From the NCBI GenBank assembly GCA_024704765.1, contig JAKMXF010000009.1, positions 1-64,000 of the forward strand: 64,000 nucleotides of DNA. The letters run 5' to 3'. This stretch comes from Oopsacas minuta (lineage: Eukaryota; Animalia; Porifera). Shown here piece by piece: positions 1 to 11,814 of this stretch; positions within the stretch are counted from its first letter, which is position 1; every line of letters starts with the position of its first letter. A program made the translations under genes and the position numbers. Below the pieces are notes generated by a model, which was not told the origin of the DNA, made no database searches, and was given only the letters and a program-made list of their open reading frames with translations.

Positions 1-253
1 TTGAATTCTATTTACTTCCTTGATAAACACGATAAATACATAGTTATGCAACAATTTCAATATTGCATACCGTAAATCCTTTCCTTGACAACAGACAAAA
101 GTGATTTAATAATATAGATATATAAGGTTATGGGATGGTGAAACAATGATATTTGATAGTTTATTACTACAATTTTCATTAAATTTGGGAAATTAGATAT
201 TTTACATTATTAATTGTATTTTCTCTGTACTACATAGACTCTGTTTTTCGTAT

Positions 254-1228
254 TTGTATCTGATATTAGAAATGGATGCTTTGTTTATGGAAGATGTGTT
301 CAAGTTAGAACCGGAATATTCGTTTTCCTGTAATATTTCAGTTAGTAAAAATACTTCATACTGTCATATTGCAATATCACAGCTCTACAACACGGTCTAC
401 ATTGGATATCCTCATATTAAGTCAATACTAGCATTCGATTTAGAAGGAAATTATTTGTACTGTTTCAAGATTGTAATTCCTAAGATTATTCTTGGAAAAT
501 TCTGTCAGATTTCTGAAAATATACTCTGCGTTAGTGAATTACATTCAAGAGTGTCTAGAGCACACCTCATAACGAATGAAGGCATACTCATAACTACTAT
601 AATGTATGGCAAATATTCAAGAAGGATAATTGATTGTTTTTCTTCTGAAAAACACCAAATTTTCTATATTGTGAGTGAGAGTGGAGTTGACTCATTTGGA
701 AAGGAAGGAATGCAACAAATTGAAGCAATTAACAACTTTATTCAACCAGCTAAGACAATCAAGGGAATCTGTATAAAAGATGATGACATGAATCTGGTCC
801 TTAGAGTCGGTTGCAGATGGTTTAGCTTTTGGTACATATACTATGCACAAGAAAATAGATTAGATGAAATTCAGATAAATATTGAGCAGTTTAACGATAT
901 TGTGGCATTTCAGGATTATATTATTTTCACGGACAATGAATATGAAGGAGAAAATCTAGCAATCTGTAATCTACATTCAAAAAATGTAAAATATATCGAT
1001 GAGCATGGAAGAGCTTGTTTTACAACGAGAAAGATTGGATATCATATCAGGATACATATTGCATCCCGTAAGCTGTATACAAAAGTGATCAGGGGTACTG
1101 TTGTGAAGGTATACAATCTGGATGATCTGCTAAGAATGTATGAAGAAATATCAAATAAAGTTTCAGAAAGTACAGTAGATGATAAAGAGTGTGAGGATTA
1201 TTGTAATTGTCTATACCACATGTTTTAA
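254..1228 (+). CDS. Divergent beta-propeller (NHL/YVTN-like) protein, ~318-324 aa
   Basis: Uninterrupted ORF, first ATG at 272. Repeating short beta-strand/turn pattern (LAFDLEGNYLYCF, HLITNEGILITT, IIFTDNE, KVYNLDD) resembles degenerate NHL blades. May be a terminal exon (AG acceptor-like sites just upstream). Confidence 0.55.
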   Translation: MYLILEMDALFMEDVFKLEPEYSFSCNISVSKNTSYCHIAISQLYNTVYIGYPHIKSILAFDLEGNYLYCFKIVIPKIILGKFCQISENILCVSELHSRVSRAHLITNEGILITTIMYGKYSRRIIDCFSSEKHQIFYIVSESGVDSFGKEGMQQIEAINNFIQPAKTIKGICIKDDDMNLVLRVGCRWFSFWYIYYAQENRLDEIQINIEQFNDIVAFQDYIIFTDNEYEGENLAICNLHSKNVKYIDEHGRACFTTRKIGYHIRIHIASRKLYTKVIRGTVVKVYNLDDLLRMYEEISNKVSESTVDDKECEDYCNCLYHMF

Positions 1229-1663
1229 TAAACAGTGACGAAAAACCTTCCACCAAAAAACCGTCAGACGGATTTTTCCTTGCGACGAAACTTCTGTGGA
1301 TAATTAATAACAAATATATTACAGTACGTATCATTCCCCTATGTAATGATATTTTAAGATTAGTTCTCTGAGCAAAATATTCATTAAGGAATGCGTGTTG
1401 CACTAATTAATAATTACTTATAAATTTCTGAATTCTCAGATCTCTCAATAGAAAGATTAATTATATTATCATAAGTGGCATTAAGAATTAAGAATGCGGG
1501 TTTTTCTGGGGCATTCATCAGATACTATTAAAACGTAATTAAGGCCATGTAAAGTAATATACTTGTTTCTCATCCCCGCCCGTCCCAGTATACGAAGAAA
1601 TTCTGGATGAGAAACAACTAATATATTTTACATGGCCCAATGTGTGTGTATATATATATACGC

Positions 1664-2245
1664 TGTATGTCCAGAATTGATTGAAGAAACTGGAGGACCC
1701 CCAGGGCTGATTATTGGCATACAGGAGTTTTTGGGCCTGGCTCGGACATGTTCGAGTCTTGGGCGAAATTATGACGTCATTGTCAACTTTTGGATTTTCG
1801 AAAAATCACATTATTAACCACTGCTCAGCCAATATACATGACAAAAGTTTTAAAATTGAATCTCAATGTGACAAATGTCCTGACGTCATGATTCTGACCA
1901 GAAGCTAACTCATCATTGGATTATTAGGTCATCATAACTGTACAAAAATACCATAGTTTTCCAAATTGCGAAAAATTCAGATTTTCTTAATAGCCGATGC
2001 ACGAAGTGCCGAGATTACTAACCAAAAGCGACATAGCATCTTAAATGTCACCTTAGAAGGCCATTTAATCTAGTTTGGATGGACCATGGATAATAAAATT
2101 TTAACGATTCTGTGAATTTGAGGCACGTAGTGTTGAGTATATTGTCGCGTAGCGACCAATAACAATATACAATTTAGCTGTTTAATACTTAAGCTATCTG
2201 AAGCACTAAGCTGTCGCCAGCGACCTAGCAAGCGAAGCTAGCTAG
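1664..2245 (+). mobile_element. Non-autonomous Helitron/Helentron-like repeat, copy A
   Basis: About 500 bp clearly homologous to 21933-22444. TG/TA microsatellite near the 5' end, GC hairpins GTCGC-GTA-GCGAC (2144-2156) and GTCGC-CA-GCGAC (2213-2224), and a CTAG|T terminus at 2242-2246. Repeat status is direct; class is inferred. Confidence 0.5.
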
Positions 2246-2614
2246 TACTTAATAATTCACAAAAAGCTAAAAAAGAGAGAAACTTTTGGGATGGTACGTA
2301 TTGCAAACATATAGAGCCTAGTCGTTATAGTGAGTGGCGTGCTAACATACTCAGTTCAAATTGGGCCATGGATATTAATTAATAAAATCCTGAAGAACAA
2401 TAGTTTAGCATCGCAGATCATCATCATATCGTGAAGTGACTTAGAAAATCAACCGCGCTAGTTATTTTATATTACATACAGGTTCACGCAAATTTTGTTA
2501 CATTGATGTATGTTTGTGAGATTAGCAGTGTAATCGCGAACTTAATTAAAACTAATCTCTCTCTCTCACATAGCATAAGAACTTTTGAAAAATACATAAA
2601 ATATAACTGAACAG

Positions 2615-5600
2615 CTAAGTAACAGGTGTATACATCTTTTCAGGTCTGATATGAGTCATCTTAATAGAATCTTCAACCCATTTACTTGTCACTATGTAAG
2701 CAAGTAGGTCAAATGACTTCACAATAGATTTTATCTCTCTAACTCTAGACATGTCTCCTTCATCAATAATAACATGAGTAACTCCTCTAACCAACTCTCT
2801 GCTCACTGATCCTCCGTTATATCTAATGCTCCACCCCACTAGCTCGAGAGGACTCAGAGGTAAGCTATACTCAGGACTATTCATTTCTCCATATCTATCT
2901 ACATAGAAAGTATAATGTCTGAATAATCCAGAAACACGAGCATCATCAATATACTTATCCTTTATATCTGCTATGTCTGGATGAGACATCGCGACGTAAT
3001 CTGATTTGTGATTAGTTGCAATCCTCCTACACAAACTCAAGAACTCAGCAGACTCACAGGGCTCTGTGAAACTATCTCCATACTCATCATAGAGATGTTT
3101 GAATTGCTGCTTAGTGTCAGTCTCTGTGAATATCATGTGGTGAGGCATTAGAGGAATAAACTTATCCTCTTCTACACACTTTATAAACCAGTCCAGCTTT
3201 ACAACATTATACTTCCTTGTCTTGATTATGTTCTTAACTCTGAAGTTCACATCATGTACCAGGACACAGAATGTATCGGGGGTGGGGTTCTGTCGGAATG
3301 AGCCTCCATAAGAAGCTATTTTTAACTCAATAGCATTCTTAGAGAAGTCAGGAGAACCATTAACAACATAGAACTCTTTTCCCTCAAAAGTATTACTTGT
3401 TACTTCTACGTCATCAACATTAGCTCCTCTGAATTGAGAAGCCACGCCCCGAGTGATGGCAATCCTCCTACCGCCGGATATTCTGCGCTTTTTAACAGCG
3501 ATATCTTCAAATCCGTCAGCCCATGCGTGAGCAAGACGTCCTGATGAACTCTGCTTAATATTCTCCAGCTCTTCCATGGTCATACACTGGTACCATTCCT
3601 TATCCTCTCTGAATAGCTCTAGTCTGGGGAATCTAAGAGTACATGCACAGCTGTACTTATCTGATACTGTAATTTCTGCTGCTCGTATTTGTACTATCTT
3701 GGAGAATTCTGGTTCTATTAATAGATCGGGTTTCTCTTTGTTACCAACAGTTAACACAATGGAATCTGGGACACTTGAAGAATTGAATGGCTTCCAGTAG
3801 GGCCCAAGCTCCTCGGACAGTATTCGTAGCTCACTTAGTGTATAGCCGGTTCCTACCTAAAGATACAGTATATTATAATATAATATATAACTACGAGTAA
3901 TCAAAGAGAAAAATTAATCTATTAATAGATAATTTTAACTGAACAGTTAAAAAGCGTACCAATCATGGATTATAAATTTACAATGAATGTGTCTGCGGGG
4001 TGTCCAGAATTCTGAAATTAATTAATATTAATGTCTATAGTGTAGAATATTAATTAATTCGGAGTTCCACTACTAAATAAAGATTTTTAAATTTCCGGCT
4101 AGATGTCGGTCAATTTAGGCGATCGGGCAAAACCGGGAATTAAACGGGAATTCCCGGTCGATTCCTAATAATGAACAAATGCTATAAATTAACAACAGTC
4201 AAATCCATAAATTCGATGTATTGTTAGTTCGAACATCCATGCATCCACTATCGTTAACTCTACCAAAAACTGTATTATCATTCGAAGCACGAAGTATCAA
4301 ATTAGCACGCATATAAACAACAATATTGAAGCGGTTATTTATTAAAATTCATGCCCGAATTTTGATGTTCGAATAGGAAAATGATCCTGACAGCTAGCAA
4401 GTATAAATGATCTCCGTCCCTCTAGTCAAAAGCAACCCAATCTTTGGTCATATTTTCAAATTCGGGATCAGAATTTTCTCGCGAAATAAGAGGTTTCATT
4501 TGGTTTTCAATTTTACAAGGTTTTGTGGCCTCCATACAATTTCAAACCATTTCATCATGATGGTACGTATTCACATTCCTATAACAGGACCATGGATGGA
4601 ATTGCGATAGAGCGATAAAATCGCATTGGTATTACCACATAATTTTCTTCAACTCACCTTACAGAAAGACAAGAACCTGGATGGGTTATTACCAGGAGAG
4701 GTAGTCTCAGCTACCCCTAACAGGAAGTGAGACACAATACCTCCCCTCTTTCCGCTCCCATAATATCCTCCTAAGATGAGAAGATCAAGCTGGTCACTGA
4801 GAGAATCCATGTATTCTGGCTTCAGTTTCAACCAACCGCTACCCTTCCTCTTGTCAGGCTGGTATGTAGAATTAGGTAACTTTACAAGTAGTCCTTCCTC
4901 CCTGCGATCTATAGCATCATTTAGTGACGTCACTAACTCTTCTCTGGATGTCAACTCTAGTCTATCCACCAAATGTAACAACCCTTTAACAGGTGTGAAC
5001 ACCTGCGCCAATTCCAGAGCTCTTTCTCTAAGAGTTAAGTTAGCCAGATTCCTTCCATTAATCATCAGTATATCAAACACAACAAAACACTGTTGCATGC
5101 CTTCATACTTCCCAGTTAATTGAGTACTGAAAGCTTTAACGTCTATGTTATCGCCTTTAGGAACAAAGCTATCATCAGTGACGTCATATCCCACCATCTC
5201 TCCGTCTAGAATACAACAGGAAATCTCTGGTTTGAAAGCTGAGTGGATTTGTGGAGTAAAAGAGCCATCTGTGGAGGAGGCGCCAAATGATGAGGTATAA
5301 TCCTTAGAGCTACGAGAGAAATACTTGTAATCTGTTCCATCCTTATGTAGCTGCATTCTATCTCCATCAAACTTAGTTTCTACATAGAACATCTGTCCTT
5401 CTGTTAGCTTAACAGCTTGTGGTATAGAGGCTCGTTGTCCTAGCATTGGTCTGAATGGAAGGAATAGTTGTATAGCAGCTTCATTCAGTCTGAATGAGGG
5501 CTCTCTCAGGTCAACACAAACCTTCTCTAAGTCAGCACACACACTGAATAGATCTACTGCATCTATATGAAAGAGAGATAGAATAGAATTCTCATTTATT

Positions 5601-6246
5601 CCTAACTTCAGTTCTTTCATTATAATACGGATAAGCCATTTCTGCTCTATAGCTGTTGTGCTACGTAGCATCTGCTGGAGGATTTGTTTGACTGCAACTC
5701 TGTCGTGAGCTGCGTTAGAAACCGCGATTTTGTTGAGAAGGCAATTTACATCAGATACCATTAGAGTGCCATTTTCCGGACATCTGTTCTTGAGTACGAA
5801 ATAAGCAACAGCTGCGAAATCCCCTGCTTGAGTCTTACCACTACTAGGTGCTCTGTAGTTCAATAGTTTAGTAGCATCTGCTCCTGTCTTTGCTATCCCT
5901 AACACTTCTATATAATATCTAGCTAGTACAGTCTCCTTCATACCGTAGGCTGCTCTCTTTCTGTCCAGATGTGGTAGACATAATCTCATGATTGGATAGA
6001 AACTATCCTTTTTACCCAGATCACTATCTGAGTATAGCTTACTATGCTGAGTACGCCATGTATTGAGTAAGATGATAATATTTTCTTCTTCCGCTCCTTA
6101 CCATCACAAGAACTAATCTTCTCAAACATAGTACATACATCTGTGAATGGTAGCTTAGTATCTAATGTGTTATCTAGCTGTATTGCATCACTAGTATCCA
6201 TTTGTAGAGATGTTATACTCTTGTCAGTTGTGCTATCAGTAGTCAT
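2615..6246 (-). CDS. LIG4: DNA ligase IV (NHEJ): exons 6246-4658 and 3856-2615, with a 1-nt frameshift near 6065-6085
   Basis: N-terminal DBD (LPFTDVCTMFEKI...SFYPIMRLCLPHLDRKRAAYG), adenylation motif ETKFDGDRMQLHK, EGLLVK, WLKLKPEY, OB-fold CTLRFPR, and two C-terminal BRCT domains. Donor GTGAGT at 4657 and acceptor TAG at 3857 join SFCK|VGTGYT in phase 0. Confidence 0.96.
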
Positions 6247-6450
6247 AGCTTGCTATTATATTATTCTCATAAACTCATATGTATAATTCTTCATAATATC
6301 ACAATGGAAAGCGGGAGGTCTAGAGCAGTGGTTCTCATTTCTCAACAATGGGCCCGAAATTTTCTTGAGGTCTTAATGTCAGTAACATTAACAATATTAA
6401 ATTTTATCCGAATCTGGTAATCTAAATCCTATAAATGGACATTTTAATGT

Positions 6451-6474
6451 TACTAGCGAGATTCGCTTGCTAGG
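6451..6474 (-). repeat. Isolated 3' terminus of the Helitron-like family
   Basis: Reverse complement CCTAGCAAGCGAATCTCGCTAGTA matches 2224-2247 (CCTAGCAAGCGAAGCTAGCTAGTA) at 22/24 positions. Confidence 0.5.
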
Positions 6475-8473
6475 ATGCTTCACGACGTGAGACGCTGCAC
6501 AACAACCGCTTCAAATCAGAAAGATTTCGTTAGTGGGATAGCAAGGGATAGAAATTTGTATAATGTGTCGAGAATCACTGGTTTAGAGGATTTTGAGTGA
6601 TCATCTACACTTATATACACTTCGGTTTCGGGTTCATAGCGGGTCGAGTTTTGAAAAGTGGACCCGATTCTTCTCTGTGAGTATGGTTTGGTGCGATAAA
6701 GAGGTTCTCCCGAGTAACCAATATTAAATCTTACTATTTGACATGGAACTGGCCGTTTAAAAAATGTTTCCTAGATCCTGTGTAAGGATTTTCCCGTTTG
6801 TCAGTTTCCTGATTAGCGGATTCCGCCATATACGTATACTGTATACTGTAATTAGGAATATTGATTATTGAGAGAAAATAAATCAATAGAATGATGACCT
6901 CAACCAAGAGACCCCCTATAAGCTTATTAGAATCATTAGATATTTTTAACCATGGATGGTGCATCTCATTTATATTTAGGTTGTATAGAAATCCCCCTCC
7001 AACCAAGCGATGCCCGAGGAGTTCCCCAAAATGACCTAGAACAATACCCAGGCAGATAACGAAATCCATCATCCATGGTTAAATAGCAAATAAGTAGATA
7101 AAGGGCGATTTTTGTAGGGGACCATTTTGATCATAAAAATGTATCCTCAAATTTTGTAACAATATTTTAATTATATTCTTGATGTAGCACAGAATTTGTA
7201 TTAATTCCTAATACCTTATAGACTGAATATATTATTCCTACGAACTTACGTTGCAAATAATATTAACTAATTAGTTAGCGTTAATATAAACCCATACATC
7301 TAGAGAAGAATCCAACAGACATATAAATACTCAATAAAATTAGAACTAATTGTGTGTGAGCCATGGCTTGGTTCCATTCGAGAAGAAAGCGAATGGTCGC
7401 CATCGAGTTGGAATGAATTTAAACACTGCCAAACAATTGCTCGTCTACACGCGCGGGTATTCATCTAATATATATATACAAAATAAAAATTTCGAAATTT
7501 GATATATAACAAATTAATAATTATCTGTGTAATGGCATGCTACCAAGTCAAAGACTGAGTTACTCACACTTTTTGTACGAACTTTGATAGAATTCTTCAA
7601 AATTTGTGTAAGGTAGAAACTACCGCCGTTTTAGCAATTCGTCTAATAGCAAAATCTCCTAATGGCAACTTATTTTAAGGACCAAAGTGCAATTTTGTAT
7701 GTTAAATAATTCACATAATAGCAAAATTCGCGTTTCAGCAAGGAAAATTCCTACAAAATACGATTTGGTATTAGGCAGTTTCCACTGTAGGTACTAGTAT
7801 GTATATCACTGAAGAAAGTTGGAGAACTTTTTTCTATTTTGTCGATAATCCATCAAATTTAAGCTATCAATATTCGTAGTTAGGTCCTGGAAACTACAGT
7901 ATATCTCGGATAAGACGCACCTCCTCGGAAAATAAAATTAGTAATTACGATCTGAAGTACTACGTCTTATCCGCATAATCTTCACAAATAGTAAAAGAAT
8001 TGATGATCCGTTTGGGAGAAAGTATGTATTAACCGAATGGACGTCTTAAGCTGAGTATGTGGTATTAAGAACTAACCGAATTCTACAACAGTATACATAT
8101 ACATACTCATCCGCTGTTTGTTCAGTAGCTTGATAGGTTCATGATTTAGTTGAGAGCCAGGTGAGTTACCGATAGATCCTCCAGTTCTGGAAGAGTAAGG
8201 ATGACTGGATGTCGTTAGTAATAACTTCACAGCTTACAGAAGTCTTCAAAATTGTGAATACTAAACCAGTGTTTCATCCAGACATTTGGCAAGGGGGGAC
8301 ACTCAGGATTTAACATACAAGAATGTAGAGTCAGTGTCACTAATCTAGGGGAAATACCAATCCAACAAAGAGAGGAATGCCTCAAAATACCTTAGAACAA
8401 CATTCAAACAGATTTACGAAATCCACCATCCATGGTTAAATATTTGATAATAACCATAAAAGGGACCATTTTT

Positions 8474-8777
8474 GATGGATGTGAAGTTGGCAGTAGGTTC
8501 AGCAACGAAAAGCGAGCACCACTTTGACTTTCATAACAGTACTAAAAACCACGTGACAATGACTTTGCAAAATGACCAATCACTTATACAAAGTCACTGT
8601 CACGTGGTTTTTAGTGTTAAGTGTTAATAATTAAAATGACGGAAAGCTATACTCGAGATCTAGTTGTAAATGAAATTTCAGGATAATCTGTTGAGGGGTT
8701 ATAAAGTTATGAGAGTCAAAGTGGTGCTCGCTTTTCGCTGCTGAACCTGCTGCTAACTTCATATAATCACATCCATC
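8474..8777. mobile_element. Foldback-type MITE with ~60-bp TIRs, an internal second hairpin and a 7-bp TSD
   Basis: Ends GATGGATGTGA / TCACATCCATC; inverted block GAAGTTGGCAGTAGGTTCAGCAACGAAAAGCGAGCACCACTTTGACT. Inner inverted repeat at 8541-8615. CATTTTT at 8467-8473 and 8778-8784. Inserted in an older repeat also seen at ~7020-7130. Confidence 0.8.
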
Positions 8778-9101
8778 CATTTTTGTCATAACAGTGCACG
8801 AACTCTTGATTTTTTGAGATTAGCAATCGTCCAATAGCTTCTTAAAATGCCTACTGATTCAATTATGTAGTATTCGTGTACTAGGCCTAGAAGTATCGTA
8901 GATATTGGATATAGTAAAGATAGTGTACCTTTGTGGGACAGATTTAGGCCAAATTCTCACTTTATCCGATATTATCACTATTTTCAACCTAGTAAGTAGT
9001 ATAGTAATTATGTCATGTTGATTAGGTCAACTCGTCGATTTTACATAATCAACATATTTTACATATTGTGGAATGCCTTATTCAGCAGTAAATTGTTGCT
9101 C

Positions 9102-9560
9102 TGTTGTATGAGGATTCAACTATTTTTATTATAACAACCATGAGGGTTTAACTACCTTCTATTTATGGCTTCATAACTGTATACTTCCTATTACACATCA
9201 ATAATTATGTATATATATTTTCTTGGATTATAATACTCTACGGGAGAAAAGCATACTGTGTTCATAAAACAACTTGATTTTAAAATATATTGAACATAAG
9301 AAATCAGTTTGTTGTATTGCCTTAAACACTCGTTGTGCTTATGGTTTTTGTTCAGATCCCGTAGCATTTATTAAGGGAAAGATTATATGTAAAATAGGAA
9401 ACAGTTTGTGTTTGTTGATAATAAAAGAATAGTTTGTATAATTATTGATGTGTAGTAGGAAGTATACAATTATGAAGCCATAAATAGAACTTAGTTAAAC
9501 CCGCATGGTTGTGAATATCCATGGTTATTATAATAGAAATAGTTGAATCCTCATACAACA
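9102..9560. mobile_element. MITE with ~110-bp TIRs, TGT...ACA termini and a 4-bp TSD (Ginger-like)
   Basis: TGTTGTATGAGGATTCAACTATTT...CACATCAATAATTAT is mirrored at ~9438-9560. GCTC flanks both sides (9098-9101, 9561-9564). Confidence 0.8.
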
Positions 9561-10469
9561 GCTCTAACTATTCTAAGTAAAAAACTCCCCCTCCCAAAGG
9601 ATTGTTAACAAAATTTCTGAAATATTTTTCAAGACACACACACGGGGCATTAATACGTACGAAGTTTGTGGAATATTCTGAGAAAAGATACATTAGTAGG
9701 AAGAAATCAAATACTATATAAATTATATACATGAGGGAGCCTGGGGGTGCTGGGGGAGGCGGAGATGGAATCTATAATTATTGAACCCTAATCAGAGTTG
9801 TCGGATGGATAATGGATTATAGGTGTGATGGATTTTAAATCCATTCCATCTTTTTATGGAATTGGAATCACAGATCAAATCCATAAATCCATAAAAATAC
9901 CATATCCATAATCCTTAAATCCATAAAATCTATAAAAAAGCCATATACATAAAATATTCATATCCATAAAACATTCATATCCATAAATTTTCAATAATCC
10001 AAATTTTGATTCCAAAATCCATAATGGGTTCTATAGGGCAGTGGTTCGCAGCCTTTTTTACCCGCGGACCACAGGTTGCGGAATCCGAAATATGTTAAAT
10101 GATGCTAATAGAGAAAGAGTATAGAAGGTTTACGATTTGTTAACAAGTCATATATCTACCATCTACATGTGGATTTTACTGTGCCGACTACGTAGTTATG
10201 GATTTGAAATTCGGAAAGATTATGGTTATGGACTGGAAATGGAATCGATAGTTATGGACTGAATTAGGATCCGAATTAATCCGGGACCTCTGATCCTAAT
10301 ACAGTTTCCTACAGGATTTTACTATGCCGACTAAACTATATAGAATACTCAATTAAACTCCCAGTATTGAACGGAAATTCATGAAAAAATATACGTAGAG
10401 ACAAACAAACAAATATTCACACACAGAAAATAGAGAACAATATCTGTAACAGTTTTAACGCACTACTAT

Positions 10470-11750
10470 AACTCTATTCTGATTGTCTACTGTAACTGCA
10501 GATGGATTTTAAACACAGGAATCTTGTGAACAAATCTGAATTCAGGGTTGAAGATAGAGATAACGTCAGAAAATATATCAGAATGAAGTCATAAAATTGT
10601 CAATAAAGAGAGACCATGGATAAATGACTTGATTTCCTCTACTTGTGAAATGATATTTTCTAGGACTCATGACTGGAGTATAAGTTACGAAAGAGATAGA
10701 CATAGCTATTTGATTCATAAATGCATTATTTAAAGAGTTTTACATCTAGAGGCTGTTTGAGTGTATCTACACAAATTTACTTTTGTAACAGAAATCTCTG
10801 GTAAGTATTTGAACACACGATTGCTATTACAGTCACTGATAAAATGATATCTTCATTAGAATCATCTATTGTTAGACCTTGAGGATAGTTAAATTCAAGC
10901 CCTCCATTTCCATGTATCAACATTCGATCTAGTTGATAGTTCAGGATACAGTGGTAATTTGAGAAATACGAACTCAAATCCCAGAAATACTTGAACCTCT
11001 TGGGTAGTTCATCTTTCCTTTACCTCCACTGTCTCCAAATCTGAATAATACTTAACAGTACTGTCAAATACTTTAACATAGTGATTACATATTTACAATA
11101 TATTCCTTGATTTGTTATCTATTGTAACACTACCTGGATTGAAAACTTGTTTATTTCCAATTCCTTCCTTCCACAGACTTACTGAGGTTGATTCTTGTAT
11201 AATCAATTCCGCTTCTCACTAACTTCCCCTAATTGTTTACTTCAACAATTTCTTGCTTTCACATATGGAGCTAACCATTCTAGGTATTTAGAAACCTCTA
11301 TTTTTGTGAGAAACCGAGACTAATTGTATTGGTCTTTTGAGTTTATATTGACTATAGATAGACTTCGAGAAGACATACTTGTAGATGACTGTATGCTTCT
11401 AGCTAAGTAATATTCGACAAGAAAGCACAATTATTCTCTCAAGTAGTCCTGATGCTGGGACTTGAGAGAATAATTATGCATCTTGTCAGATGTTTACAGG
11501 TCAGAAGCATACAATCATACACAGGTATGTCTTCAAGATGGATGTGGTATCATCAGAGTCATATGGCCTGGGTTTTGTTTTATAAAAGTCAGGTCTAAGT
11601 AGACATGAAAAAGCTTCTATTCTCCAAACATTTGCTTAAGTTTCTCAAGCCGAGTATATTTAGTATTTAAATTTAGTCTCCCATTCCGGCGTTTCTTGAA
11701 TTTGGTGACGATTTCTTACTTCAATCGTGCTTTGAATTCTAAAATATTCA
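10470..11750 (-). pseudogene. Decayed TRIM/NHL-repeat gene
   Basis: Fragments with NHL motifs (NPGSVTIDNKSRNI, VKVFDS, GKGKMNYPRG, GLEFNYPQGLTIDDSNEDI, LKQPLDVKL) broken by stops, frameshifts and a foldback insertion. Boundaries approximate. Confidence 0.75.
11369..11534. repeat. Long imperfect foldback (~75-bp arms, short loop)
   Basis: GAAGACATACTTGTAGATGACTGTATGCTTCT...AATTATTCTCTCAAGT is mirrored by ACTTGAGAGAATAATT...AGAAGCATACAATCATACACAGGTATGTCTTC. Confidence 0.85.
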
Positions 11751-11814
11751 AGTCTGACACTCATCAACTTTGAATGATTCATTCACTATTTTTCTTGAAA
11801 CTTTGTGCTATATA

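Noticed and set aside
6085-6110. Programmed -1 ribosomal frameshift in LIG4
   Set aside because: No canonical X XXY YYZ heptamer or obvious downstream structure. A 1-nt indel explains it more simply.
9780-10270. ATCCATAA/TTATGGA short repeats resembling an array
   Set aside because: Irregular spacing with no constant repeat-spacer units; eukaryotic context. These are subterminal repeats of a degenerate element, not CRISPR.
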